A stretch of 62,945 nt of DNA, filler included, from Hyphochytrium catenoides (taxonomy: Eukaryota; Protista; Hyphochytriomycota): NCBI GenBank assembly GCA_900088475.1. It is 9 parts of 9 records of this genome, joined end to end, with 100 filler letters (N's around TTAATTAATTAA, not from the genome) between each part and the next. Parts side by side here need not be neighbours in the genome. Positions count along the whole stretch, not along the records: positions 32,438 to 51,676 come from FLMG01002005.1; positions 51,777 to 54,262 come from FLMG01001860.1; positions 54,363 to 59,451 come from FLMG01001137.1; positions 59,552 to 61,581 come from FLMG01000379.1; positions 61,682 to 62,945 come from FLMG01001807.1; 4 more parts are not named here. The stretch is one strand, 5' to 3'. Positions 49,457-62,561 of this stretch are shown here, one piece after another. Under the pieces are notes generated by a model. The model worked only from the letters and a program-made list of their open reading frames with translations. It was not told the origin of the DNA and made no database searches. Each line of letters starts with the position of its first letter. Positions within the stretch are counted from its first letter, which is position 1. The position numbers and the translations under genes are program-made.

Positions 49457-50380
49457 ACAGCTAGCTTCACCTCTAATAGGGCGAGTCCCATAACAGGACA
49501 GCAAATGAACAGTTTTGTCTAATCCTACCAACTTCGTCTGCAAGCGCTGCCTTTTCTAAACCATGCTCATGAGCCTTTTGCTGATTGTTCTTTATTGAAC
49601 TCCCAAGCAAGCAGTCTGGGGAACGCCGCTTGTCCAGCTCGGAAGAGCTTCCAGAGTTCATGACCCTTAGCGCAAAGGCAAAGACGTACCTTCGATCCTA
49701 GACTACGTAGAAGTAGTTGAGCTGACTTCGACCACTAGGATGGCCCCGCCAGCAACTCGTTCCTGCGAGACGTATCAGTCACTCCACTACATACATTTCT
49801 ATTATAAGTAGAAGAGGCATGGGGAGAGTTGTTGGCACCCTTTACTCTGCACGTTGATCAACAGGTCAACGGCGAGAGGAGCAGCAGCCCTTCCAACGTG
49901 TTTCTGGAAAGAAAAGCGCTCGTATGATGATAGGTACGGTAGAGAGAAAGCAATAGAGGACAAACAACTGCAGGTCTCTGAGACACCAACAAGATGAGAC
50001 GGTGAGACCAAAGGGATAAGATTGTAAGACCAGGATGAAGATCCAAAGATGCTTATAAAAAAGGGAACAACAGTAATGAACAACCAAAATTTAAGCAGGA
50101 CAAAGCGAGGAGAAGCAGAAGAGGAGAGAGTAAGAACTACGACTACCTGGGAAATAGAGTACTAGCTATCACCTCCCTCTACTATCTCTTCCTTCTCTCT
50201 TTTTCCGTTTCCTCATCGCTGTCGTCGGTATGACTACTCTGTCTTCTTCAATACTTCGTCCTTGTCACTTATCCTCCCGTTCCCTTCCTGCACTGCCAAG
50301 TCACCACGTCGGCATGCACCAACGGACGATGCTGACGTTTGTCCTTGATGGTCAACTGAGCGACTGCTTGAGCGGAGGCG

Positions 50381-50540
50381 AAGGATGCTGAGAAGGATGC
50401 TAAGGAAGGATGCTGAGGAAGATGCTGGAGGAGGATGCTAAGCAAGGATGCTGAGGATGATGCTTCCTAAGCAAAGATGCTGAGGAGAATGCTAAGCAAG
50501 GATGCGGAGGAGGATGCTAAGCAAGGATGCGGAGGAGGAC
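50381..50540. repeat. Degenerate minisatellite, GGATGC(T) core, alternating 12-13 bp units
   Basis: (GAGGATGCTAAGCAAGGATGCTGAG)-like units repeated. Confidence 0.8.
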
Positions 50541-51107
50541 GAAGAAGAAGAGATAAACAGAGCGGAAGCGGATGATGGAGCGTTAGACTGTAACGGCCCC
50601 GTTTCTTTCCTGTTTTCTACCCTTCAGTCAAAATTTCCCACAGTCCAAATGACAGTCAGATGGGTAGGGTACGTTCTGGTAAGAAACAGTATCTGTCACG
50701 CATAATACCTTTATGTAAACTGGATAACTTCCCCTTCACTTCGTCAGGTACCTCTTCGGGTGGTCCAGTCTGTGGGAGGCCAGGGTACTGTTTAACTGAA
50801 CGAAATGTCCGATCCCACAAGACAGGTAGCTCTTGACCAATATTAAGAAACAGTGTAACCCCCACCAGATTTCCTAATAATCAGGGTTTTGCTAGTTTCC
50901 TCTCCAAACTCTATGGTCTACCATAGATGTCAGGCCTCATAAAGAGATAAAATGTGCATTCCGCCGCAATATCCTACTTTTTATTCTTCTGTGACCTTAG
51001 GGAAAAGTCCTTAGTCTAAGATATGCCTAGACATTGGAATAAACTCCGGTTCAGACAGTTGTTGTCATTGGACATTCATCACTCTCTTTCTCTTCCTTTC
51101 TTTTTCG

Positions 51108-51159
<52 letters not shown>

Positions 51160-53314
51160 NNNNNNNNNNNNNNNNNNNNNNNNNNNNNNNNNNNNNNNNN
51201 NNNNNNNNNNCTCTTTCTCTCTCTCTTTCTCTCTCTCTCTCGCTCTCTCTCTCGCTCTCTCTCTCTTTCTCTCTCTCTCTCGCTCTCTCTCTCGCTCTCT
51301 CTCTCTTTCTCTTTCTCTTTCTCTCTCGCTGTTTCTCCCACACTCTCTCTCCTTTCTGATCTCCAGCTTGGTACATCTGCAATGCGAAGCCTCGCCTTAC
51401 ACTCTCCCATCAGGTCCCCATCCAAGAGAGAAGAAAGGAAACAATGTGAAGCCATTCATTCCTCTATGAACAACTCTCGCCGCTGTGCTTGCTGCTTTCA
51501 GCACCAACCGTAAGAAACCCAACAGAAGACAATGCTTGGGGAAAAACGGTTCGGAGCCACTCTTCCTCATGGAGTCGCCGTTCCTAGGTGCTGGCCGGCA
51601 AGCACAGCTAGCCAGAGGAGAGGGAGAAAGCAGAGCGGTGAAGCTTTTGGTCCTTCAAGGACCGACAGCCATTGAGNNNNNNNNNNNNNNNNNNNNNNNN
51701 NNNNNNNNNNNNNNNNNNNNTTAATTAATTAANNNNNNNNNNNNNNNNNNNNNNNNNNNNNNNNNNNNNNNNNNNNATGGAGACGACGAGGCTGCCATCC
51801 TGACACCTCCTTCTCTCTCCCACCGGCGTAGGGCAATAACTATTATGGAAACTGAGGATATTATTAGCTGAAGGTTGTTGTTATTAGCCGGAAGAAGAAT
51901 GATTGCAGGCCGACGACATTAAACGCCGATGTACTAGATTATTATAGGAAGGAGGCAAGGAGAGCAAACCTACTTGGCTTGTACTAGGGACGGCCGGGAG
52001 AAAGGGCAGTCTACTGCCAGGTCTACGGGCTTCCCAACAACAAGGCAGCCTGTTTTTTAATAGGGCCAGCAGAGGAGGGTAAGATATCCGGTGTGAATGA
52101 GAGACTGTGACGCAGATATCCCCTAGTGGTGGAGAGGAAGAGAGGCTACATTGAGAAGGACAAGAACAGACAGACGAAAGAAGAAGACTGCCGTTTTATG
52201 AGTGAGTTGTCCGATGATTCTACGTGGAGGCAGACTACAGCTAGATGATGTTGCGCAGCAGGAGGCGCATCATCTTCATTGCCAAGAAGCCAGCTGCTGC
52301 TGCTTATCGATGGGTGCCGCTGCTCAATCACAAGCAGCGCCTGATCGCTAATAAAGCGAAGAGGCAGTCCATCAGAAGATGTGGACTAGGCTCTACAAGC
52401 TCGTCCCCTAACCATCTCAATCGCCGCAGAGCATAAGCGATCAATCCTCTAGAAGGTAAGTTAGCCTTTGATAAGTGGCGAGAGGCTACCTGTCAACGGT
52501 GGCTGTCGTGAATGCAATGTTCTCCTTTTTGGACCCACGCCAAAGATATTACCGAGATTTGTCTAGATAGTAGATATAGAGGAAAAGGTGTCGGCGAGCT
52601 GTCACAGCGCTGGTCTTAGCACAAGATGAGGTCAATCAAGTCAGCCGCACGAGCGGCGAAGAAGAAGCGGTTGCGGCGGTAGCATATGCGGCAGGCAGTA
52701 AACGTTCAATCCAGAGGCACGCAAGGCTCTCCATCTCTATGAAGCTGGAGGCTGCTATCTCCTGCTGGTATTTACCTGATTATTGCTCCTGCACTTCTCA
52801 GTCACCTCTTTGATCAGCACCACCTGCTGACTATTATGAAGACCTCCAATGATTGTTGAGCGACTGAGCTCTTCGAAGACTGACTCCCAATTTGTCAAAC
52901 AACAGCTCGAAGGGCCTCCTATAGCCTCCATAAAGATCATGCGCGGCAGCGGGGCGGCACTGCTGATGCAGCAATAGGAGGCAAGCTGGAGCAGCAGCAG
53001 CCTGGCAGGAGGAGGACGGACAATGACGACGAAGAAATAAAGCCAGCAGCAGCGGGCCAAATCCTTGTGTTTGGGCCACTTGAAGTCTTGAACTCTTAGT
53101 CCCGAAAAGAAAGACACTCGTGCGCCTTGAAAGTTCTAATACAAAGATACGGGTTACGGTGTGAGATAAATGGAAACAAATGAATCCTTCAAAGGTACGG
53201 TCAAAGTTTAGCAGCTTCTGGGGGTGGCTTGGGGGGACGAAGACTAATATAAGAGTTGATTCCTCGATGATCTGTCAGCTGAGCCTCTGGCTACCCCAAG
53301 AAGCGCCATCCCAA

Positions 53315-53378
53315 CTGCCAAGAAAGCGCGAAGCTTCAGAAAGAGCTTCTGCCAAGAAAGCGCGAAGCTTCAGAAAGA
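53315..53378. repeat. 30-bp direct repeat, two copies
   Basis: CTGCCAAGAAAGCGCGAAGCTTCAGAAAGA at 53315 and 53349. Confidence 0.85.
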
Positions 53379-54552
53379 ACTTCTATCTGTCTCTGCGGCT
53401 CAGGCATCCCTTCATCTGGGTATGGAGAAGACTGATCTTCGACGGGTCAGTTGGCAAGAAATCATGCGGCTGCTCGGGTTGGTCGCTGCAATAGCCCGCA
53501 ACGAAGGGCTGCCCAGCAACAAAAAGAGGAGGTAGGTAGGATGTGTTCAAAGAATTGTTGTTCGTTCCCGCGCCACGCGGTGCCATAGGTGCGTTTACCG
53601 GGCTGAGGGCCTTCTCTGCGGCTGTGCCTGCCGAGGAGGCGGTAAGTAAAGCATATTTGCTAGGAGCTATAGCTCTGGGCTCTGATAGCGGTGAGGAGGC
53701 TCATGGTACGTACCACGTCTGAGCAGCTGGAAATGGCTATTGTTGGCTGCGCTACTTCTGCCCCATATTCCTCAGTGAGCTACTTTGCTGCTGACCATTG
53801 TTAGTATCTCATTCATGAGAAGAAGCCACCGAATCGAACAGCAATTGATAAAGCGATGACCAGGAGCATTGACCCACTGGGGAGCGACAACGCGAGCTGC
53901 TGCTGCTGAGGATGCAGAGACCCTCCGTGGTGATCCTTCTTGACCTAGGCTATTTGATGGGCATTCGGAGTGTGCCAGTAGGTCATGATAATAATACTTC
54001 CTGCGAAGACTACTGCGCTGCTGTCCTCATTTGGATATTGGGGCCTTTAGAGCGTATCGCACGCGGAGAGACAGAGCCCGTCGTGTGTTGGTTTTTCGAC
54101 TCGTCCCTCTAGGCCTTTGAAATAATATTGCCCGCTTTGGCCTAGTGCTGCGTGAGACCATCGTGTCCGTTGTCAGCTGAATGACGTGGTTCAAGGTTCT
54201 TCAGTCTGGACTGCTCCACATTGAGCTTTGACTCCGTCGATCGTCCTTCAAAGGCCAAGCAGNNNNNNNNNNNNNNNNNNNNNNNNNNNNNNNNNNNNNN
54301 NNNNNNTTAATTAATTAANNNNNNNNNNNNNNNNNNNNNNNNNNNNNNNNNNNNNNNNNNNNGGGGGGAGAGAGAGAGGGAGAGAGAGAGAGAAAGTGAG
54401 ACAGAATCACGAGGGGCTTTATGAATTGGCTAGCTATGGGTAATAGCTGAGAGCGAGGGGGAAAGAGAGTCTCTTCTGCAAAGGACGATGAGTCTCTCTC
54501 TCTCTTAATTCTTGTCTCTCCTCCCTCCGTCCGACGGCTGGTGTTAGTTCCA

Positions 54553-55091
54553 GAAAGACAATGACTGGATTAACACTTCTTTCTAACGTCCGGCCTCAGT
54601 GTAGCTACAAGGGAACCGAGAGAGGGAGAGAGACAGAGTCAGGTCTTCTCTCTCTCACTCCATTTCTGATCTCCCTTACTAAACGATATGAATACGAGCT
54701 TCGACAAGTAGTCTATGGGCTTTCCTCGGTAGCTGGAACGTCTAGCCTCTTCTCAGTCCTCTCTCTCTCTCTTCTTCCTCGGTGTTCCAGCTTTCAGTCC
54801 TCTCTCTCTCTTCTCCCTCTGTGTTCCAACTTTCTTCTCTTTCTCTTCTAGATGCTCAGCTTGATTCACTGGTTGTTAGAGCTTTTGACGGAGCTTCAGG
54901 GTGGAGAGCCTGAGGATAGACTCTGGGGTCGGTGCAAGATCTGGAAAGGTCAAGACCTTCTGATGCCCTGTCTCCCTCTCTTTGGTCCTCTGCATATCGA
55001 GTCTCTCTTTGTTACCTCTCAGCTCTCTCTCTCTCGTCCCCTCAGCTCTCTCTCTCCCTTCCCCTCAAATAAAGATCTGAGATTGAGATAA
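54553..55091 (+). CDS. Possible 3' exons of an unidentified gene
   Basis: ...KRYEYELRQVVYGLSS|GT...TAG|MLSLIHWLLELLTELQ... is a phase-0 join across a pyrimidine-rich intron. No family recognised. Confidence 0.25.
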
Positions 55092-55537
55092 TGGTCGTGC
55101 TTAGTATGGACATTGAAAACAAATCTCTTACTCCGTTCTCTCTCTCTCTCTCTCTGTCTATGTCACTCTCTCTATCGTTGTTCAATGAAGCTCCTCTATC
55201 CACTGACAAATCCTCTCTGTCCCACTGACTACTCTTCCGCAGTGACTGCGAACAAAGACTTCGGCTTCCTCACTATCGAAACTCACGTGTTCCTATCCAC
55301 GCCCGCAAAAGGGCAAGAGAGAGACAGCGAAAGAGAGAGACACACACACAGAGAGAAACGTGAGGAAACGGTAGAGCAGTTATTCTTTGAGCAGGATGAA
55401 AGGACAAGACCCGCAAAAGAGAGAGAGAAAGGAAGAAAGGCCCTTGATGAGATGAGAGAGAAAGACAAAACATACGAAGGAGAGACAGGGTTAGAAAGAG
55501 AGAGACAGGGAAACCACAAAAAAAAAACAAAATAAAA

Positions 55538-55574
<37 letters not shown>

Positions 55575-56049
55575 CTTTCATGCAAACATCTGAGATCGAA
55601 ACGATGGTCGTGCTTCATTATGGACATTTAAAACCGGCTCTTACTTCTCCCTCTCTCCCTCTCTCTCTCTCTCTCGCTCACTCTATATATGTCGCTCTCT
55701 ATCGTTCTTCAATGAAGGTCCTCTATCCACTGACAAATCCTCTCTATCCCACTGACGACCCTTCCGCAGTGACTGCGAACAAAGACTTCGGCTTCCTCAC
55801 TATCGAAACTCACGTGTTCCTATCCACGCCCGCAAAAGGGCAAGAGAGAGACAGCGAAAGAGAGAGAGAGACACACGCAGAGAAACGCGAGGCAAAGGTA
55901 GAGTGGTTATTCTTTGAGCAAGATGAAAGGACAGGACCCGCAAAAGAGAGAGAGAAAGGAAGAAAGGTATTTGATGAGATGAGAGAGAGAGACAAAACAT
56001 ACGAGGAGGGACAGGGTTAGAAAGAGAGAGACAGGGAAACCACAAAAAA

Positions 56050-56082
<33 letters not shown>
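55076..56082. repeat. Tandem duplication of about 0.52 kb carrying two copies of the aminotransferase terminal exon
   Basis: Units start at about 55076 and 55589. Exon copies at 55292-55182 and 55819-55709 on the minus strand (offset 527). Confidence 0.9.
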
Positions 56083-56083
<1 letters not shown>

Positions 56084-56517
56084 TAATTGATGTACCGGTA
56101 GGCTGTCAATAGCATTGAGCGCTGCGCCGCCGTCAAAGTCGACGTAAGCAATCCTCGCCAAGAAAGCAGCAGGAGGGCATCCAAAAGCAGAGCCTGGTAG
56201 AAAGGCTACGCCTGGAAAGGAAGGAGAGAAAAAGAGTAAGTCGAGAGGCTTCCATACGCTGAGAAAGAGGAAGAGAAAGAGAGAGAGAACAGTGAGAGAA
56301 ACGAAGAAAATGGAAAAGAGAAAGAAGCAACAACCAAGCACTTCACTGTCACGGCTAAGCGAGAGACAAGTCGTTGGAAGCTCCGATCTCCGAAGGAGAC
56401 CCGATAACAAGATACANNNNNNNNNNNNNNNNNNNNNAACCAACGGTGTGGATGCAGAGAGTGGGAGAGACAACCATTGACAGAAAGAGAGAGAAAGATA
56501 CACAGAAGGTGAAAAAG

Positions 56518-56548
<31 letters not shown>

Positions 56549-57087
56549 AAGAACGGAGAGAGACGGAGAGAGTGACAGAGAGAGAGAAGGAGGGCGAGAC
56601 GGAGAGGAGAAAGAAGTTAACTCTTTACGCGTTTTACCTTTCTCCTCTAGCAGTGCTGAACAGAGCCCGCTGTCATCGGTGACCTTTCTCTTCTCTAGCA
56701 GGAGATCTGACAGAGAGGAGAAGTCTACAAACAAATAGAAAGCGGCAGTGGGAGAGGCCAAACTCAGCCCCTGAGAGCGAAGCTACAAGGACAGAAGACG
56801 GGGAGAGAGAGGGTTAGCGAGACGAGAGACAGAGAGAGAGAGAAGAAGAGAGAAGAGTAACAGCAAAATGAGGTCGAAAGAAGAGGCAGAAAGCGAGTAC
56901 AAGTCACATCGAGCCTCAACTAGGGAAGAAGACGTTCTTCCTGGACTATCAAGAGCCTCATCATGTCTCTTTACACATCCCCTATCCTGGCACTTCTCTC
57001 CCTCTTTTAATAAAGGTTGCAATGGGTTCTAGAGTACAGGTGCCTTCCATTTGTTTCTCTCTTTTATCTCTCCCTCGGCATTATCGC

Positions 57088-57136
<49 letters not shown>

Positions 57137-57897
57137 CTACTTGGCGCCTCTTTGTCTCCTCGCTTTGCTCAATCTCTTGTCCCATTTGCTCGTCCACTCT
57201 CTCCCTCTCTCTTTTCTCTCCTTCTGTCTCTCTCTTTTCTCTCCCTCTGTCTCTCTCTCCTTTCTCTCACTCTCTCTCTCTCTCTCTCTCTCCTTTCTCT
57301 CCCCTCAGTTACCTGGCGAGCACACCATTGCCCTAGCAGACTGACAATCCTCCTCTGTCTCCTCACATAACCGGAAAGAAGAGGGCAAGCCAGGTCATAG
57401 GCGCGGACGGCAGCAAATTGTAAGGGAGAAGCGACGCATGAGAACGTTTCCGCGGCCATTATCGAGACAGAGGCGCGAAGGAAGGCTAAAGACTTAGGAA
57501 AAGCCCATAGACCGATGCGCCATCCTCCCGCCCCGCACCACTTGGAGAGACCATCTAGCGAGCGAGAGAGAGAGAGAGAGAGTCCATCAGCGAGAGTATT
57601 CCTGAGCTGGAGAGAGAGAGGGGGATAAATAAGCAAAGTAGAGAGATGGAAAAGAGACAGAGATACGTAACAAAAGAAGAGAGGGACGAGAAACAGGGAG
57701 AGATCTAGGGTGAGGACAGAGAGAGAAAGAGAGAGAGAGACACATACACATTGTGGAGAGAGAAAGTATAGAGAAGAATCGAGGCAGCCATCGGGAGAGA
57801 CGGAAGACGTTCGGTAGGTATGGGAAGGGCTGAGGATAAGCAAGAGAGAGATGCTGAAACGAGGCAGCTGAGAAGGCCAAGAATGAGATGGAGCGGG

Positions 57898-57946
<49 letters not shown>

Positions 57947-58622
57947 AAAGGGAGGTAGAACAGAAGGAGCAAGTGAGAGAGAAAGATGAATATACGAGGA
58001 CACCCAAGGACGAAGAACAAAAGAGGAGAGAGAGAGAGAGAGAAAATGAGAGAGAATTACGAGTCACGCACTGCTGATGATCGTCCCCTCAGGATAGTAC
58101 TTAGCGGGAGAGACATGCTGGTCCTGATGCTCAAGAGCGGCGTAGATCTCATCGGAAAGGACGAGGATCCGATACTTTCGGCAAACCGCAGCCAGAGCTT
58201 TTATCTAAAGCAGAACGTGAGCTAATGCAGGAGCCATGGGAGAGAAAAACATTAGAGGGAGATAGAAAGAGAGAGAGAAAGAGTTGAGAAAGAGAGAGAA
58301 AGAAAGACAGTCAGATGAGAGAAGGGTAGGGGGGCCGAAAAAGCCAAGTCATTGTATAGGTGTAGGAGAGAGAAAAGACCGGAAAAGAAGAGGTGATGCG
58401 AAAGACTGCAGAACAAAGAGATAGCAGGAGAGAGACGACGGATGAGTCGATGAGGAAAGGACAGAATCATAATAGAAGAAGAAGGAAGAGACAAACCCTA
58501 CTTTGTCTTCTGGGTAAGTCGTTCCTGTGGGATTAGCTGGCGTGTTAAGAATGAGCAGCCGTGGCTTGTCTGCAAGATAGAGGTTGAAGAGTCGTCGTTA
58601 ATTAGCTCTCCACCAGCTACGG

Positions 58623-58662
<40 letters not shown>

Positions 58663-58756
58663 AAGAGAGACAAAAGGAGAGAGAGAAAGAGAGAGAAATA
58701 GAGAAATAAAGAGAGACAAAATGAGAGAGAGAAAGAGAGAGAGAGGGAGAGAGAGG

Positions 58757-58791
<35 letters not shown>

Positions 58792-59027
58792 NNNNNNNNN
58801 NNNNNNNNNNNNNNNNNNNNNNNNNNNNNNNNNNNNNNNNNNNNNNNNNNNNNNNNNNNNNNNNNNNNNNNNNNNNNNNNNNNNNNNNNNNNNNNNNNNG
58901 ACCCAACTGGGGCGAGGGAGCAGCGTCTCCGAGTAATAAACAGACTGGAGAATGTACATGAGCTCCTTGGTGCCTGGACCCACCTAGAACAGGAGAGAAC
59001 CGGATGTGTATGCGCGTGAGAGAGAGA

Positions 59028-59063
<36 letters not shown>

Positions 59064-59183
59064 AACAGCGTGTGCGAGAGAGAGAGAAAAGGAGAGAGAA
59101 AGAGAGAGAGAGGTGACTTGAGAGATACACAAAAAAACTTGAAGAGGAGAGAGACGGAGATAACGTACCCGCTTTCGAGAGAG

Positions 59184-59215
<32 letters not shown>

Positions 59216-59451
59216 NNNNNNNNNNNNNNNNNNNNNNNNNNNGAGAGAGAGAGAGAGAGAGAGAGAAAGCGAAGGCTTTCCGTACCAGTATATCCTCCGC
59301 GTCGTAAGACTGTCCCGTCCCTTCCATCGTCACAGAAGAGATGTACCGAGCGAACGCCTCTCTCAAAGCAGGCAGCCCGGCCACGGGCAAGTAGTCTCTC
59401 TCCCGAGCGTTCTCTCTCAATGCCTGCACGACAGGCTCAGGAACAGGGAAG
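55709..59451 (-). CDS. Class I/II PLP-dependent (aspartate-type) aminotransferase, 5' truncated, multi-exon
   Basis: FPVPEPVVQAL...YLPVAGLPALREA; VGPGTKELMY; PRPSWV; ILVLSDEIYA; PLP-lysine motif DGLSKWCGAGGWRIG; AAFYLFVDF; GVAFLPGSAFG; ARIAYVDFDG. Confidence 0.9.
59184..59215. repeat. (GATA)n microsatellite; (CT/AG)n tracts are pervasive across the window
   Basis: Direct reading of the sequence. Confidence 0.9.
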
Positions 59452-60029
59452 NNNNNNNNNNNNNNNNNNNNNNNNNNNNNNNNNNNNNNNNNNNNTTAAT
59501 TAATTAANNNNNNNNNNNNNNNNNNNNNNNNNNNNNNNNNNNNNNNNNNNNAGAGAGAGAGAAGAGAGAGTAGTAAAGAGAGAGAAAAGATAGAGTTTCT
59601 TTGGCTTTCAGTTTTTCTTCTGATTACATTGTAAGGAGCACCTAGAACTATACTACTCAGAAGAACTGTCTTAATGAAGAAAGAGAGAGAGTGAGAGAGC
59701 GAGAGAAGCGAGAGAGAGAGCGAGAGAGCGAGAGCGAGAGCGAGAGAGAGAGAGAGAGAGAGGGACGAAGATGAAGAAGAAGAGAGAGTTTCTCTGGCTT
59801 TCAGTCTTTCTTCTTTGACGAAGTTATAAAGTAGCAACTACTATTAGTAGAGTGAGAAGGAGAAGAAGAGGATAGGAAGTTGAAGAACCAGAGTTACGAA
59901 GTTCTTGACCTCTCTTTCTCCCCTGCGCGATCACAATCAGAAGGTGAAGACTCATAGTATTTTTCCTTTCTATGGAAACGGCGCCGCTAGCAGGTTGAAA
60001 AGGAAGATGGCAACGAGGAGAGAGACCAG

Positions 60030-60074
<45 letters not shown>

Positions 60075-60538
60075 GTATATGTACTGCTGAGAGAGAGAAA
60101 AAAAGAGAGATTGCAGAGGAGAAAGTAACTATGCATGAAGAAGATAGAGGCAGGTGAAGGGGAGGAAGAAAGGAGGCAGGGAAGAAAGAGTTACGTGGGC
60201 AAGAGGAGACATTAAGAAAGGACAATTAGAGAGAGAGAGAGCGAAAGGGGAACAAGAGAGAGAGAGAGAGAGAGAAAAGAAGGGACGATGGGAAAGAAGA
60301 GAGAACATCGGGCGCCCGAGGAAGGATGACAGGACAGGTAGATAAAGGTAACTCTAATGCTAAGAGCTCTTTATTAGTGACCTCTCTATGTCAATGAACC
60401 TTTGGAAACAGTATAGAAAATCGAGAAATCATCGTCGCGGAGAGAGAGAAAGAGAGAGAGAGAGAAAGAGAGAGAGAGCACCTACAACTCAACTCGTTCC
60501 CTCTTACTCTTCTCTCTAGCGCGGTGATAGGGATGTGG

Positions 60539-61581
60539 TTAAATCGCTAGTAGAGTCTGCAGAAGAGCCGCGATTGCACCAAGGGAGAGAAAGAGAGAAA
60601 GGATACTGGGAGAGGAAAGAGATGCCGAAGAAGACTTATCTGCTGCCACGGCAAGCTTTTGTCTCTTGTGATTCTCTCTCGCCTCTTCTCTCATCTCCGC
60701 CATAAAGGCCTCTGCCTCTCTCACCTCTGTCTCATTGAGCCCCATCTTCCGAATGTACTCTAAGGGAAGAGGCGCTCTCTCTCTCTTCAGCGCTTCTTCC
60801 TCGAGAGAGAGAGAAAAAAGCGTCTTGGGCTCTAGGTAAGTATAACAGAAGTTACTCTCTGTAGACAGCGTGTCTCTGATTCGAACGTCCTTCCTTAGCA
60901 ATGTATCCGCAGTTATCGTGGTGCCATCCTTCAGGTTCCCTTCCACTATCTTCCCGCCTCCTGCTCTCTGCCAACGCCACCAGAGGCGGTCCATCTGGGA
61001 GTGATGGAGGAAGAAGACAGGGTCACATGGACTGCTGGGCGTGGCAAAGGTGCCGTTGCCTCCTCCGATTTCATAGTGAACTGTGTTATGGATGGCGCTC
61101 TCGAGAGTGCTCGTGAACTTTGTCATGGTGAGTGTGGTCTTAGACAGAGTAGTGTCAATGGTTAGGCGATCCTCCCATTGAGATGGAGGCAAGGGCAGTC
61201 TTATGACACATTCTTCCTTCTCACCGGGCTTTGCTTTGGCCCCGACGGCAGGAAGACACTCTCCTGGAGCTAGAGCAAGGTACTCGGTTGAAGAGATGAG
61301 AGGAGAAGAGAGAGGATTGGCGGCATCAATCGTCCAGTCCCAGTAAGGAATGGTAAGAGAGGGATTCTTCTTCTGCAGCTCTCGTTCAAAGCGGGCCGTG
61401 AACTCTCTGTGCCATGGGAAAAAGACTGAAGAGCCGTGAGCAAACGTCATGGTATTGGCATGCTCGTCACAGAATGCCTTGACTGCGCCCTCGCGGTGCA
61501 TTGCGTACACTGCCTGCTTATACGCGGCCCATTCTGCCCTGGAGAGGTCTCGAAACTCCTTCCTAGTCTTGATACCGTTGG
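60539..61581 (-). CDS. Tyrosinase (type-3 di-copper protein), 5' truncated, with a Ser-rich spacer and hydrophobic C-terminus
   Basis: TRKEFRDLSRAEW N-terminal motif; CuA H...AHGSSVFFPWHR; TIPYWDW; CuB HNTVH...SPCDPVFFLHHSQMDRLWWRWQ. Confidence 0.92.
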
Positions 61582-61682
61582 NNNNNNNNNNNNNNNNNNN
61601 NNNNNNNNNNNNNNNNNNNNNNNNNTTAATTAATTAANNNNNNNNNNNNNNNNNNNNNNNNNNNNNNNNNNNNNNNNNNNNG

Positions 61683-62030
61683 TTTGTAAGAGAGACGATC
61701 CAGCGCAGAGCCTCTCTCCATCCAGATCAGCAGAAGCCAGCCTTTATATTGGCGCATTCCATGGGAGCCGCCATCGCCATCAAGGTCATGCAGGTGAGCA
61801 ACAGGACCCAGGAAGAAGGAGTGAAGAGAGAGAAAGGCACGGTGTTGAAGGATAGGAAGTACTGAGCGGGAAGAGACAGAGACAGAGAGAGAGAGAGAGA
61901 GAGAGAAGGAAGGGGAGGAGAGAGAGGCAGATACAACCGAACTTCAGGGCCGAGAAGAAGGGTTGAGAGAGAGAATGGCTGAGAAGAAGGGTTAAGAGAA
62001 AAAGCACGACATTAAGCTTAAGATTGGCTG

Positions 62031-62075
<45 letters not shown>

Positions 62076-62503
62076 AAGTAGAAGCTGACGTTAGGGGCCA
62101 GGAAGGAAGGCCACGCGAGAGAAAGAGACCTTGAAAGCTGCCCTTGAGAGAGAGATGACGCCAAGAAAACGAGCCAAGTTTAGAAAGAGAGCAGAGACGA
62201 AAGGAGAGAGACTTGTTACCTTTCCACTCTCCTCCTCTCCGTTTTCTCTCTTCTCAACTCCTGCACTCTTCCTGCATCTGGACGGTCCTAGGAAGCTGAG
62301 AAGAAGAAGGTTGTCTCCGATGTAAATCTTCGCGGGATGGTTCTTAACGCTCCGCCGCCCGCCAACCACGACTGGAAGTGCCCTTCCCCAGCCCTGATCC
62401 ACACCATCAGGATCCTGGCCTTCCTCCTCCCGAAGCTGACTCTCTTCGCTCTTGGAATCAACAAGTCCACAAAGAACTTCGTGGTAAGGAAGAGGAAGAA
62501 AGC

Positions 62504-62561
<58 letters not shown>

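Noticed and set aside
61727-61936. Minus-strand ORF (...LLLTCMTLMAMAAPMECANIK) as the tyrosinase signal-peptide exon
   Set aside because: The plus strand here encodes the hydrolase AHSMG motif with a proper donor; the minus ORF is its shadow and lies across a linker.
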